A stretch of 64,000 bases of DNA from Albugo candida. Lineage: Eukaryota. The position numbers and the translations under genes were made by a program. Below the pieces are notes generated by a model. That model saw only the letters and a program-made list of their open reading frames with translations, was not told where the DNA came from and ran no database searches. Location: NCBI GenBank assembly GCA_040437565.1, contig JBDOQK010000038.1, forward strand, positions 248,001 through 312,000, written 5' to 3'. Positions 25,822 to 39,088 of the stretch are shown here, piece after piece (position 1 is the stretch's first letter; the number at the start of each line of letters is the position of its first letter).

Positions 25822-26079
25822 TGTTAAAAGATGCGTAGTGCTCAGCAGGTAACATATTGAATACTTGAAATATATTTAGGTCCTTCGTTCGCAAACGCTC
25901 TTGCTACTCTAAGTATACTGTTTTCTTTGACGATACCTTGACACTTTTCCATACCGCTCATTACTAATCGTATAGTCGCGCATTAGAAATCGCCTGGCTG
26001 GCACGTTGGTAAGCCTGTGCCGTTACCACCATGCATCGTGTGATAGCGTAACTTGACAACAATACACCCTTCTTCAACA
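25822..26079 (-). repeat. 5' LTR of the Copia element
   Basis: TGTTAAAAGATGCG...CTTCAACA; about 30 differences from the other LTR counted by eye. Confidence 0.95.
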
Positions 26080-28139
26080 AGGCTTGAGCTATTGATGATT
26101 ATTGAAAAACAATACTGCTGAAGTTCGCACATAGCATTCAATTTGATCCTAAATGAAGAACACGCAGTTGGCAAAACTTTGCTGCAACTGATTCGTCATT
26201 TAGATGATGGTGGTCTTTGAAGTTTGATACATTAGGTGAAACAAAACACTTCACGACGACGATGAAGTTAGTTCATTGACTATCATCGTGTCACGTGTAG
26301 ATATATTGTCTTGACACCATGCTAATGTTTTATAGCAAGATACCCGATACAGGAATCCATACAGGTGATATCAACCGATCACGTACTTGATAGTAATACT
26401 GACATCAAGCATCTTTGTTCAATCTGTTGTGCTAGTTACGTAGACTAATGGGTTAAACTGTCAGCTTAATCAGAACTTTTGAAATGATCAGAAACGGCTT
26501 TGGGTTATATATGCTCATTTTCGATAGCCGGTAGCATTTATCTAGTACTTCGTATAGCATCCAAGAAACTAGATTGTTGCTAATCTAAAGCCATGTATCC
26601 ATGTTTCTAGCGCAGTAACCGTCTACACGCTCTTAATATCTTTCGTCTCTTAAAAGCTTTTACAATTCGAATGAAGTCATCAGATTGAGTGCATGTGGAC
26701 GTGCCACACCCGTTTTGCATGACTAAAAGACACTATCTCTTTTTTAGTTCTGAGAAGCAGCGCAAGTCAAATTTCTTCTTAAGCAATTATATTGATAGCA
26801 GCACATTCGTCTAGTTTGTTTCTTACCCTACTCGTATCGATAGGTAGACCTGTTCTTAAGTATCTGTATTACTTCCGTTTATGGAGACTAGCGGAGGGTG
26901 AAACACTACCATTACTACATGGCTTATACCAGCTCTTTGCGTAAGACCAGATATCTCGCGTGAAACCTTATTCGTGGGAGTGATGAAATATGCAATTCAA
27001 GAAGACACGTCACGTATTGCTTCAAATCTTTTACACAATACGGAGAAGGGAATTGACAAATACGACGTGATCGAGAAGATGCAGAGGATCATACTAGTCG
27101 TAGGCATATATAACAAAACCTTTTTTGACTAAAGATCGAAGCTACAAAGAACTTGAACTGGTGAATTCGGTTGGTTCAGAACAGAATATGTTTACAATAA
27201 TTCAGTGCGTGGGGCTGATGTCAAGTAGTTTTGTCGCTTAGGCAACCTTCATGAGCAGCTTATTTATGTAGAGATGAAACATATGTGTTCTCATTGGACA
27301 GAGACGAATGAAATTCGTTCATTATTTAGAGCCTTAAACCGGCCAACAACATCCAGAGTGCGCTTATGACGTCGTATGATACGATACAACAACCAGAAGA
27401 ACAGAATTATCCCTCAGGAAAAGGTTTTGCGGTGCCACGTTATTCAATGAGGTAGCTGATTCTCCAAAATCAATCCTTCAAGCATTAATGGACCGATGGT
27501 AATGAAGTGCTCATATCGCGATGTCGCATAGATTTTCTAAGGGAAGATATATATCTTTCTATCTTTTCCACGCAGTTTCATTCTTCGTATATATATCGCG
27601 TTTTGTCAGTATATTGCTACGTACTCTTTTGTCAAGTAACTAGGCAACAATTCTGTAGAACAGCTGCTTATATATAAATACGATATAGAACGTGTCCAAC
27701 AAACGGCAAGCTTGACAGCCCAAAAAAATTGCTTCGGCAATGTATCTAAATATGGCCGTATATGCAATATTTCCAATACGCGGGGATACATTAGTCCTTG
27801 CAATCGATCCAAGGAGTTGCATTTATGCTGGCTAGTGGTAGGTCGTATCCTGCGTGAATTCCTGGAGCATACATTACAAACTGCTCAACTTCAGACTCGG
27901 ACAAAGTTGGATTTTGCAAGTACGTCATCCGTTCCACCATTTGAGTGCCGCCAATGATCATTACGACATCCTACAATGGTCAGAAAATGTCGTAGCATAT
28001 ATTGAATTAGTATCCACGGGAATGCTGGATGGCCAAGACGCTGTTGAGCGACCACGAACTCAGGCAACATTGTCGAGACTTTTGCTGTCATTTTGCTCAA
28101 ATAGAAGCTTGAGAGCAAGCCTAGACAGTATGTTATAGG

Positions 28140-28384
28140 CGGTTCCCGTACCCAGCTCAGTCGGTTAAGAACTTGAGCGAACGGACCCCCTGCCGATGGT
28201 CGTTAGTTCGATCCCCGGCAGTGTGGGCAGCGGTTTGAGCCCACCCAAGCAATAAGCTTGGAAAACATCTGTCTCCCTAGTTTTGAAGTCAGACTTAAGT
28301 GATATTCACACGGTCAAGGGCTCATGATAGGATAAGGAAGGTAGCTAAAAAACCAGATAAAGAGTGTAATGAAATCCTTCACAA
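28140..28384 (+). mobile_element. tRNA-derived SINE with a 13-bp target-site duplication
   Basis: A-box/D-arm CAGCTCAGTCGGTTA (about 28153-28167) and B-box GTTCGATCC (28206-28214). Flanked by perfect direct repeats AGTATGTTATAGG at 28127-28139 and 28385-28397. Confidence 0.8.
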
Positions 28385-29703
28385 AGTATGTTATAGGTAT
28401 ACAAGGCAAATTATTAGATAAAGATTCGTATCTGCGCTATCGGTCACCACTTTAGCTGTACGCATTTACTGAAGAGGATCCGAAGTTCCTATTGATATAA
28501 TAAAGGTGAGTGACACCTGCTTTGACCGCTTTGCACATTGATGAGAAAGTAAAAATCGTATTTCAAACTCCTAAAGTACGCATGAAATATAACTCGAAGT
28601 CATTCAGGTCACTGGGGTTTGAAAAGATGTAGAGTTGACGAGTAGTTTTCTGCATGCTGTCTTCTATTGTATAAAGCGCCTGCCTCTGCAGCCAAATTAC
28701 TTGTAACATAGGTTTGATTTCACAATCGCACGAGATCTGTTCGCTTTAAAGTCGTAAACTTTGACATTGACAGCTGGCTTGCTATTCTTTATCTGGATTG
28801 TAAACGTTGCATCCTGGAAGTTGCGGATGAGATCGGATCTTGAAAATGGAGCATAAATGTTCTGCCTTCGGGGTCCTTTATAGGCACAATAGAGATTTCA
28901 TCGCTCAAATGTGTCAAATTGCTACGATTGGGAAATCTGAAATAGGTGAATACTTTGATAGAAGACGAGATACAAAAGTTTGGCTCAAGGCTTCGTTCCA
29001 ATAATGAAGGATGGGCATACCAGTGTAACTCAGTTGTTTAGTTAGGACTACATGGGGATCACGTCATGGTCCTTAAGTTAGATCTCCATCAAGCTCTATA
29101 TCATAATGTTAAGTCGATGAAAGCCCGAATACTGACGGTGTTCATCATTATTGACGGCAGAGATAGAGGTACTGAACGTATTCCTTAATCCGGTATACAT
29201 ATGCCTTACACAGATTACCATGCTAGGGGGTAGGAACCATAAAGGCTGCACAAGTACACGGGATGTTTTTTTGAGTCAGATTTCATCAGCTACTTGGTCA
29301 TATACCACCCTTGCAGCATTTCGCAAGATGCAACGGGACCATTGATTCCCAGGTGTCTTCCAGTATCAGATGTATTCGGTTTGATGTGTCTAGGATTCAT
29401 CATCCGTTACAAACTGTAAGATAGTTGGCCTTGTTCGGTTCTTGCAACAACTATAATAGAGAATTTGCGGTTTTTCCTGGTTCATGACTCAGCTAACATG
29501 AGCAAAATAGTTGCTGATCTTTATCTGCAAGTAGCTACAAAGTGGAGGGCAAATCAACTCACTTTTGTTGGAGAAATTGCACCTAAGATGAGATACTGTT
29601 GCTTTAGAGGAGGAGTAGAAGCCAATAACGCACAAAGTAGAAATATGAAAATTTTATCGATGGGTTATGCACTATGTGACGGTTCGTCTTATTACCTTCT
29701 TGC

Positions 29704-30330
29704 TTACCCAAATCTCACGTGAAATTTATTATCATTCTTTATAAAGTGAACATCGAACTTTATCATAGCAGCACGGTTTATAATTAATTCGTTTTTCTTT
29801 GACCGTTCGATAATGCGCTTGTCAACTTCACGACAAACATTCGTTTGGTCTTTTAGCTTGATGCAAATCTTCACTTCACTTTCGTCTTGATGGAACTTTT
29901 CATCATACTGTGGTAGATACATCTTTGTCGCCCCCGCCTGCCAGTCGAACACGATCTTTACTTTCTCAATTTTCATTCGTTCATACGTAATTTCTCCCAC
30001 CAAGCTGTCTGTATGTTGGACGCTAGCTACGAACTCCGAGCTGATTTTATTATCCAAAATCAAGAAGCCTGAGTCGAAATAAACATCAAAGCAATCACAT
30101 TTGGTTTGGCCAGCAGTAGGACTAATGTCAATCGATGTGTATTTTGATCTCGAAGCACAGTAAAAAGTATGAGCAACATCTTTTGATATGGTAACCATGA
30201 ACTTGTAATTAGAATTCTTTTGTGAGTTTTCAAAACATGTCATCTTATTTTCGATCTCGCACTCCTCGTTGCTATTTGAAAAAACACAAATCGCTTGATG
30301 AAGCATGGAAAGGATGACAGATATCTTCAT
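29704..30330 (-). CDS. Intact secreted Cys-containing orphan protein, 208 aa (candidate effector)
   Basis: The ATG at 30330 gives a signal-like MKISVILSMLHQAICVFS with an uninterrupted ORF. INR-like CTCATTTCC lies about 40 nt upstream. Confidence 0.7.
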   Translation of the reverse strand: MKISVILSMLHQAICVFSNSNEECEIENKMTCFENSQKNSNYKFMVTISKDVAHTFYCASRSKYTSIDISPTAGQTKCDCFDVYFDSGFLILDNKISSEFVASVQHTDSLVGEITYERMKIEKVKIVFDWQAGATKMYLPQYDEKFHQDESEVKICIKLKDQTNVCREVDKRIIERSKKNELIINRAAMIKFDVHFIKNDNKFHVRFG

Positions 30331-30463
30331 ATTGATGAATTCGTTTGCAAAGGCGATGGTAGATCGGAAATGAGAGATGTGATCCGAAAATATGAAATCC
30401 CAAAAGAAGGAACGACCTGTGAGATGTTGCCAAGGAACATTCGATAACAATCCTTTAAAGTCT

Positions 30464-30860
30464 ACAACGTTGTCCACTCCGGATCAGAGATCACGTTCTC
30501 GCGGTGAGTCGAAATCGAAACCCTAACCGCTTATCGCATAGAATAGTAAAACGTTGCAATGTCTCATAATAAATGTATCTCTCCTACTTAAATTGCTCTT
30601 ACAATGACTCTGACATGTTCTGCTGACTTCGTTTTCTCACTATCGGCAGCGTATTTTGCGTATTCCACAAGCAGGTAATCTTTCCCATTACTGGAAGCAT
30701 CCTAGGACAACGTTGTCCACCTCGGATCAGATATCAGGTTTTCGACGTACCCCTTAACGCTTATCGTATGGAATAGGAAAACGTTGCAATGTTTCATGTC
30801 TAATAAATGTATCTCCTACTAATATTGCTGCTACAAGGACTCTGATATGCTCTTTTCTGC
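30464..30860. repeat. Diverged tandem duplication (period about 243 bp) upstream of the secreted gene
   Basis: ACAACGTTGTCCAC..GGATCAGA..CGCTTATCG..AAAACGTTGCAATGT..AATAAATGTATCTC starts at both 30464 and 30707. Confidence 0.85.
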
Positions 30861-32730
30861 TAATTCCGTTTTCCGGTACCTCGTGATGGTATTAACGTAC
30901 CGGATATGAGTTGAATCAAAAGAGGGGAGCGACTCTCGTTATTTGACAACATAAAAGTCTTGTATCTATTTTCATAAGCAGAATGTGCATGCTGTACACT
31001 CAACATTAGATAAGAGAATAGATCTGATCTCAATCCCTCCATAAGAAGTGCTTTGTTGTGAGTATGTCGAATGATCCGTTTCTAGTTGATTACAACACTT
31101 TCTTACATTTAACTGCTTTCAATCTTGTACTGCACACTCGAGCTCAATTACTGTCGCCTCAATAGTGCGACATATTACTACGTCACCTCTCTCGTGTTGA
31201 GGCAGATTCATGGCGAGCCCATTCGATAAGCATAAGGATGTAAAATACCTGCAAGGCGGCTGCAAATCACCAAGTCAAGGTTCATGGTAAATCATGTTGT
31301 TAGAAGAGAGAAATACATATATTTGTGTGTCTACTTTATTATTTTACATTTGGTGTACCGATTGTACTTTAAATTTATGAGTGTCTATCCGAGTCGAGTT
31401 CAGAGTTCACAGACATGCGCCGTTTGCCATTCAGTCAACCTAGATTACTTTATTCTATACTCTGTCACCGATAAGTTTAGCAGTTTTCACGGAGCAGTTC
31501 TCTCATGCAGGGCACAGTGTGCGCATTCTTTTTATAACTGCTCAAGCACGCAACCTGACTGATATGTTGTTACATAAACTCAGATCTGATCTGCTGTGAC
31601 ACAAACTTAGGTTCAATGCTATCACGCCTGCATCCAAGAAGATACGTTCGACTCTGAAACAGGCGAAACGTTCGCCGATCTCGTTGGTGGAGAAGTAAAT
31701 ATTGGGGGCAAATATACTTCTTTTTGAGGTATCGGTGCCTGTTTGCTCACCTCCGGCCGCGAAATAGGTGCATTTTCTGTTTGGTGACTCCACGCTTTCA
31801 CGTTGATATCCAGCGCGATTACCGTAATACAATAAAGCTGTGATCTGTATCGTAGCAATTACGAGACAGGCGACTCCTTCAACGACCAAAAGTGTAAGAT
31901 GAAGATTTTTTCCAATGACCAAAGTCATCCCTCCCGCGATCAAGTATAATTGATAGATGAGAAAGAGCTCCCATTGCAGTTCTGCGAGTGCTAATGTGCC
32001 ACCAAATAGAAATTCTTGTACGCACAGACATACGAAATTGGTCTTCTTATTAATTGAATCGGAGGAATGCTGGAGGCGTTTGAATTCGAAGCCAGAAAGA
32101 ATACATAAACAGAGTGATGTCGCGGCACTTGATTGCAATGAATGATTGTATATTTTTGGAAGCATTGACGGAATTGATACGGATCGTTGTGTACGACTAC
32201 AAGAGTGTGTGTCGTGTGGCGAGATGAGCTTCTAAGCGATTTCGTAGGAAAACGTATACCATAGTAAGCTTATAGCTCCAGGCTGTTAAACATGCGCGAC
32301 TGCATCGAATGATATTTGAGAGAAAGCATGTCTGATATATATAGAGTGAGAGCCATACACGTATTCGCTTTGTTACGATAAAATTAATTATTGCAGGATG
32401 TGGACTCTGCATTTTAACGGGTTCTTAATTGGTTAAGCTCGGTGCCAAGTGCCAATTTTTTCATCTCTGAAACGACTGACCGATGAAGTAAACTCAACGC
32501 TGCATACACTCTCCTCAGCGCCCCTTCAACCTCAGCCTCAACTGAACATTCATTCTCCTGCCCTTTTCGCTTTTCTAGATCAATCCACATTCATTCTGCA
32601 TACAACAACTGATGTCACCTTCACTCTTGATATCACCAACTTCATCTTTCTCGACAGTTGCAATGAAGCGATAACACAACCAGCAAGCGCTTCGAGCAAC
32701 AGAAAGGAAAAAGCGATATCAAGACGCGAA

Positions 32731-34030
32731 ATGGAATTACGCGAATGGAAGAATCTAGAAAGTCAAGGAGATTTATGCACATTCAGAACCGACGTACTGT
32801 TATTGCTCACGGTAAGATTCCATGAGAGGAATGATTGTTAACGCTTACTCCTGCATTCCTGGATTAGAATTTTTACCTTTTTGGAGGAACCGACTGCACT
32901 GGTCGACAGATGAATTTCTTCTATTTTGAAATCGGACAAATTTCCCACCGAATGCTCTGAACGAATTTGTGTCACAGATACAAAACAATGGGCAAAGGTT
33001 GTGTCGCACAGAATCGATCGAATGTATTTCTTCGGCTGATATAATAAATGAAACGCGAGCTACATGAACGATTTGTTTTGGTACGATTTTGGTATAAAAT
33101 GTATGCTGGATACCTAAGAGTGATTGTCATCCTTCTAGTCCAGACGAAAAATTAGAATGAGTAAGTGTCCCGAGGAGTGTTTGTCCACAAAGACGTACAG
33201 ATGATAGTATGGTCGTCTATGAATGCAACTTGTATATGTTTCCTGAATGCGTCAAAACGACTCGTCCGGGTGATCTTTGGCGGTGCCACTTGGCATGGAA
33301 GCGCTGAGAAAAAGTAACAGTGCGTGGAGACATTCTGCTGCCTTCTTTTCGTCACACAGCTATCGTGCATGAAAGCAGCCAGCCCCTGGTTGTATTTGGA
33401 GGATGGGATGGTCACAACACTTGGGACAACTTGTACGAGTTCAATTTTAAGATACAACTTTGGAAAAAGCTGGAAGCGATCGGATGGATCCCACCACATC
33501 GATATCGACATTCTGTGGTGGTTTTCGACGACAATATGTTCATCTTTGGTGGTGTAGACAAGTCTCAAGTCCACGCCAATGATCTACAGCGGTACAATCT
33601 ACGTAACAAAGCTTATATACTGACAAGGTCGATGCGTGACGGATCTGGGCTTATGCTGATACAATCACCAGTTCATGGTCGGAAGTATGTACCACTGGGA
33701 ACCTTCCATGTAGCAGAACCTTTGATCGTGCCGTTGTTGTTGAGAGTCAAATGTACCTGCTTGGTGGTTACGATGGAACCTACTGGTTGCGCGATATATA
33801 TTCCATTGAACTTGGTTTCTCTTCCACCTTGTATCGATTGTCAATTTCTCACGATATGCATGCAGGAGTACTTTGTCCAATGTCTCTGGTTGAATTATAT
33901 GCAGCTTCATACGCAAACACTACAAAAGAATGAAACCATCGGCTCCATTCATCGCCTTACCAGCGGGTACAGCTTCACGGCAAACTCATCGTATCATTGC
34001 TCCACATGTGTCTTCATGCAGATTTGCTGA
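32731..34030 (+). pseudogene. Kelch-repeat protein pseudogene (multi-exon)
   Basis: Repeated kelch blades: FGGTD, FRHTAIVH..VFGGWDG, RYRHSVVVFDDNMFIFGGVD, MYLLGGYDG. Frameshifts, stops and decayed splice sites. Confidence 0.8.
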
Positions 34031-34059
34031 ACCACGTCGTAATGAATAGAAACCAAACA

Positions 34060-35315
34060 GGCTTTCTTTGAGGCAATGCAATCAATGTCTTAGAGGAAGG
34101 TATGATTTGTATCGATACCCTCGCGGGAAGAGACCGTACCACCACAACAAACTCTGGAAGCTGCTTCCGAATGTTTATGTGGACACTCCAATATCTTTCA
34201 CCAAGCTATGGATGTCGGTATTGTCGACTACGTGCCGCTCCTCCCTGAGATCGGTGACAGGTCTCATGTGGATGGCTGAGGTCGTATCGGGTTATGTGTT
34301 ACGGCATCGAGCCTGTTGGTGTTTCTCACATAACTTTAGATTCCCTTATAAGGAGATAAATTCGCGAATATAATGTTTCAAATTATTTTGTGTAAGAAGA
34401 CCAATTTATGCGCCTTGCCGCACACAATCTGACAAACCGCAGACCTACTAATGTGAGTGACATATACTACAGCGAGAATCATCCTTACTGGCTGAAGGAG
34501 TTCCAATCTGGATACTGGACACATTTGGAGGTGTTTAGGCGTTGTGATCATTCCTTTAGGTTACACTTAGTAGCTTTTGGAACTCCGAACGCGTTCTCTT
34601 TCTTTTCAAAAAGCTATGGTCATTTCTGATAAAAGCTACCATCATTGCTGACGATCACTTACTACCAGAGCGTATACGGATCAGCGAAAGCGTAAGGCTT
34701 TGGCTGATGTACAAATTGCTTTACCATTTCCCATTTAAAGCTCTACACGGAGCCTTTTTACGACGGTACATTCTGATAAGATGTACAACTGTATATCAAG
34801 GAGGCACTTGTGGTGAGACATTGAAACGTAAAAGCATTTCGAATTGCCCGACATCAAGCGAACTTATCAACCGAATCAAATGTGATGAAAAAGCGAATTA
34901 TCCACCGCACCACCTTCGACCTCCAGCTTCAACGATCATTTGTCATCAGACGAAGCGGATTCTAAGTAAACCGTGTAATCACCACGGATGGAACCAACGC
35001 AATCGTATGAACGAATTAGTGACATTGAATGTGTATGCAACGAAGAAGTGAAATCTGGAATCAGAAGCAGAAAGTGAAAACAACTTAGATGCAGGTTGGG
35101 CTGTGGAGAAAGTTGTAGATCATCGAATGAAACATGAAAGTAAACAGTATTTGGTTAAGTGGAGCGAATACTTTCCCTTTGAGAGTACATGGGAGGATAT
35201 GGACGCCGTTGAAGGGCATGCACCAGAAAATGTGCGCGATAATAAAGCAATTCTGCGGAAGCGGCAGGGACATCGGAATGCAGATATGTTCGATAACATT
35301 ACGAAAGCGTTTTGA
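34060..35315 (+). mobile_element. Gypsy/chromovirus integrase-chromodomain remnant
   Basis: Chromodomain WAVEKVVDHRMKHESKQYLVKWSEYFPFESTWE at about 35097-35200, preceded by degenerate integrase-like sequence. Confidence 0.7.
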
Positions 35316-35562
35316 TACTGGATAAATCATCATCTTAAGATAAAATGGAACCAAAGACCAAAGTCTCTTGCTCCAGCTCCTGCACCAATTGGTTAGAAAT
35401 TGCAAATTGCTTCGATCTCGTCATCGATCGCTGTACTTGACAGATTTGCTACTTCAACTTCANNNNNNNNNNNNNNNNNNNNNNNNNNNNNNNNNNNNNN
35501 NNNNNNNNNNNNNNNNNNNNNNNNNNNNNNNNNNNNNNNNNNNNNNNNNNNNNNNNNNNNNN

Positions 35563-37356
35563 CAGTTCATGGTCGGAAGTATGTACCACTGGGAACCTTC
35601 CATGTAGCAGAACCTTTGATCGTGCCGTTGTTGTTGAGAGTCAAATGTACCTGCTTGGTGGTTACGATGGAACCTACTGGTTGCGCGATATATATTCCAT
35701 TGAACTTGGTTTCTCTTCCACCTTGTATCGATTGTCAATTTCTCACGATATGCATGCAGGAGTACTTTGTCCAATGTCTCTGGTTGAATTATATGCAGCT
35801 TCATACGCAAACACTACAAAAGAATGAAACCATCGGCTCCATTCATCGCCTTACCAGCGGGTACAGCTTCACGGCAAACTCATCGTATCATTGCTCCACA
35901 TGTGTCTTCATGCAGATTTGCTGAACCACGTCGTAATGAATAGAAACCAAACAGGCTTTCTTTGAGGCAATGCAATCAATGTCTTAGAGGAAGGTATGAT
36001 TTGTATCGATACCCTCGCGGGAAGAGACCGTACCACCACAACAAACTCTGGAAGCTGCTTCCGAATGTTTATGTGGACACTCCAATATCTTTCACCAAGC
36101 TATGGATGTCGGTATTGTCGACTACGTGCCGCTCCTCCCTGAGATCGGTGACAGGTCTCATGTGGATGGCTGAGGTCGTATCGGGTTATGTGTTACGGCA
36201 TCGAGCCTGTTGGTGTTTCTCACATAACTTTAGATTCCCTTATAAGGAGATAAATTCGCGAATATAATGTTTCAAATTATTTTGTGTAAGAAGACCAATT
36301 TATGCGCCTTGCCGCACACAATCTGACAAACCGCAGACCTACTAATGTGAGTGACATATACTACAGCGAGAATCATCCTTACTGGCTGAAGGAGTTCCAA
36401 TCTGGATACTGGACACATTTGGAGGTGTTTAGGCGTTGTGATCATTCCTTTAGGTTACACTTAGTAGCTTTTGGAACTCCGAACGCGTTCTCTTTCTTTT
36501 CAAAAAGCTATGGTCATTTCTGATAAAAGCTACCATCATTGCTGACGATCACTTACTACCAGAGCGTATACGGATCAGCGAAAGCGTAAGGCTTTGGCTG
36601 ATGTACAAATTGCTTTACCATTTCCCATTTAAAGCTCTACACGGAGCCTTTTTACGACGGTACATTCTGATAAGATGTACAACTGTATATCAAGGAGGCA
36701 CTTGTGGTGAGACATTGAAACGTAAAAGCATTTCGAATTGCCCGACATCAAGCGAACTTATCAACCGAATCAAATGTGATGAAAAAGCGAATTATCCACC
36801 GCACCACCTTCGACCTCCAGCTTCAACGATCATTTGTCATCAGACGAAGCGGATTCTAAGTAAACCGTGTAATCACCACGGATGGAACCAACGCAATCGT
36901 ATGAACGAATTAGTGACATTGAATGTGTATGCAACGAAGAAGTGAAATCTGGAATCAGAAGCAGAAAGTGAAAACAACTTAGATGCAGGTTGGGCTGTGG
37001 AGAAAGTTGTAGATCATCGAATGAAACATGAAAGTAAACAGTATTTGGTTAAGTGGAGCGAATACTTTCCCTTTGAGAGTACATGGGAGGATATGGACGC
37101 CGTTGAAGGGCATGCACCAGAAAATGTGCGCGATAATAAAGCAATTCTGCGGAAGCGGCAGGGACATCGGAATGCAGATATGTTCGATAACATTACGAAA
37201 GCGTTTTGATACTGGATAAATCATCATCTTAAGATAAAATGGAACCAAAGACCAAAGTCTCTTGCTCCAGCTCCTGCACCAATTGGTTAGAAATTGCAAA
37301 TTGCTTCGATCTCGTCATCGATCGCTGTACTTGACAGATTTGCTACTTCAACTTCA
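35563..37356 (+). repeat. Apparently exact copy of 33669-35462 across an N gap (probable assembly overlap)
   Basis: Identical ORF translations at a constant offset of 1894 nt, separated only by 100 N. Confidence 0.9.
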
Positions 37357-38940
37357 AGGTATTGTGTTGTAGCACGATCGTTAGCGCTACAATCGGTGCT
37401 GTTAGTAGGTTGCATGAAGGCACAAAAGTCCTGGTCGGTATTCGAGAAGCCAATCGATTGACAAATCGGTGTGGTCTTTGCAGATTCCACAGAGACAGAA
37501 TGTATCGGATTGATCTTTTCACATTCTTTGGGTACTGTATCATCCATTTTTGTTGTGTCCAAGTCAGACGAAAATAAAGGCATTAATGCAACGCACGGTA
37601 CCTCCCGCTGAGGAAGAGATGAATGTCCTTAATAGATGTAATAATCCAAGCGTTCGTCTGGCCTGATAAAAACGATCTTAGATTGGCTACCATGTCTTTC
37701 TTTCTCTTGTATCCATCATTAATGATGTGTGGCGGTAGTGGCGGTGTGTACTGAGATCGAGTAATTTGGTCGAAATACGTTTTGAAGCGGAGGTTTCAGT
37801 GCCATAAGACCGATAATCTTTGACCAAGCTAAGAGTTTGAACACTTTGCGCGATCGTTGTAACCACTGTGCGCGATTCCAATTAGGTACTCATTCGGCGA
37901 AAGCATTCAGTTTCACTCATTATAAAGCTGCATCATCTGTTGTGTTCTCCATTTAGCAGCTTTCGGTCGTGATCGGAGGTACCGGAGATATCGTCTACCG
38001 GTTCTGTGGACGATACTGATGACGCGGTTGTTTCCGACAAATTTGAGTTTGCATGCGTTGTGGATACGAATCTGAACGTTCGATACGTTTTCACCGTTTG
38101 GTGGCGTTTCTCGTTTTCGACATTTCAGACATATTTGACGATTTATGGTGGGATGAAAAATGGATCGAATGTCGCGAATGACTTTTCTACCTTTGTCGCA
38201 TTCGAAACCCTGTACGAAATTTCTGAAAGCGGTTTCTTTCACCCGGAGCTTTTCCATCATGGTGCTGCTATTCCTTATTCTCTGAATCTGGTGCCTTGGA
38301 ATGTAGTACCGTATCCTTCTCTAGTTCTCGCAACCACTTTTCGGGGTCCCCTAATGTGGTATAGTGAAGCATTTGATTCATCTGAGCCAGATCAGCCGGC
38401 GTGACAATGCGCGTAACTGTAGACGATGACTGAGAGCGAGTTACCGATTTATTATCTCTTGGGCTACGTCGCATCTCGTTATACCATTTTTTCGTTTGTT
38501 TCTGTTCGCTGAGCTGCGCTGCACCTCTATTGTTAGTCGGATTGCTACAGGAGATGTCTGGGGTACTCCAATACATAAAATCAAAGCGGTCTTTTTACCT
38601 ATTGTTTGGCCATATTGCGTTAAGAGAGTGTCTTATTCACATGATTTATGATTTTGATGCGCGACGCCACTTTCTCGACCTGATTCTGTTTCATACGAAA
38701 TACCAAATCGTCATGCTGCCCACGATCTCTTTTTGTTACAATTCGCTTGACACGCTCGCTGATGAATCGCTACTTTATCACCCAATGATTAAACACTTTT
38801 GTTTTCCTTCCAGTTGTGAATTGGCCATTGCTGTAATTACACGAGACTATTATTGTGGTTTTATTACGTGTAGATACTCACATAATTCTTGTCTAGGGTG
38901 CATACATAAATACGATGCAACTTCCGTGTGTAAGGTGCAC

Positions 38941-39088
38941 TGTTGATGATCTCCAACCAACGAGACCACGGTAGCTTAAATTCAGAAGTACCTTCTATTC
39001 GTTCCTTAGTTCGCTTAACAGTTAATCTTAGCCTTTACAAACTATCCGCATCTTCTCTGCACATTCATTATGTTCCTAACATCCAACA
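38941..39088 (-). repeat. Solo Copia-type LTR without TSD
   Basis: TGTTG...CCAACA, 148 bp, with internal TTCCTTAGTTCGC resembling the other LTRs. Flanks (TGCAC, GTATG) do not match. Confidence 0.55.

Larger units (their letters stand above)
21094..26079 (-). mobile_element. Full-length but decayed Ty1/Copia LTR retrotransposon
   Basis: Paired LTRs and TSD AGGCC/AGGCT. Domains in Copia order: gag with Zn knuckle CFGCGEVGH, protease [18 protein letters not shown], integrase NGKAERMHR, RT (KARLVACG, LKKSLYGL, YVDD), RNase H (YSDTAFA, ADLLNK). Many frameshifts. Confidence 0.97.

Noticed and set aside
28140-28225. Functional tRNA gene
   Set aside because: No convincing acceptor stem or anticodon arm, and it sits in a TSD-flanked 245-bp insert, so it is better explained as a SINE head.
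31542-32165. 207-aa ORF
   Set aside because: No recognisable motif, paralog or clear signal peptide; may be a decayed gene read across frames.
33320-35315. Novel kelch-chromodomain fusion gene
   Set aside because: Both parts are frameshifted; this is a kelch pseudogene adjacent to a Gypsy remnant.
33669-37356. Apparent 1.8-kb tandem duplication of the kelch/chromodomain region
   Set aside because: Copies look identical and are separated only by a 100-N gap; most likely overlapping contig ends rather than biology.
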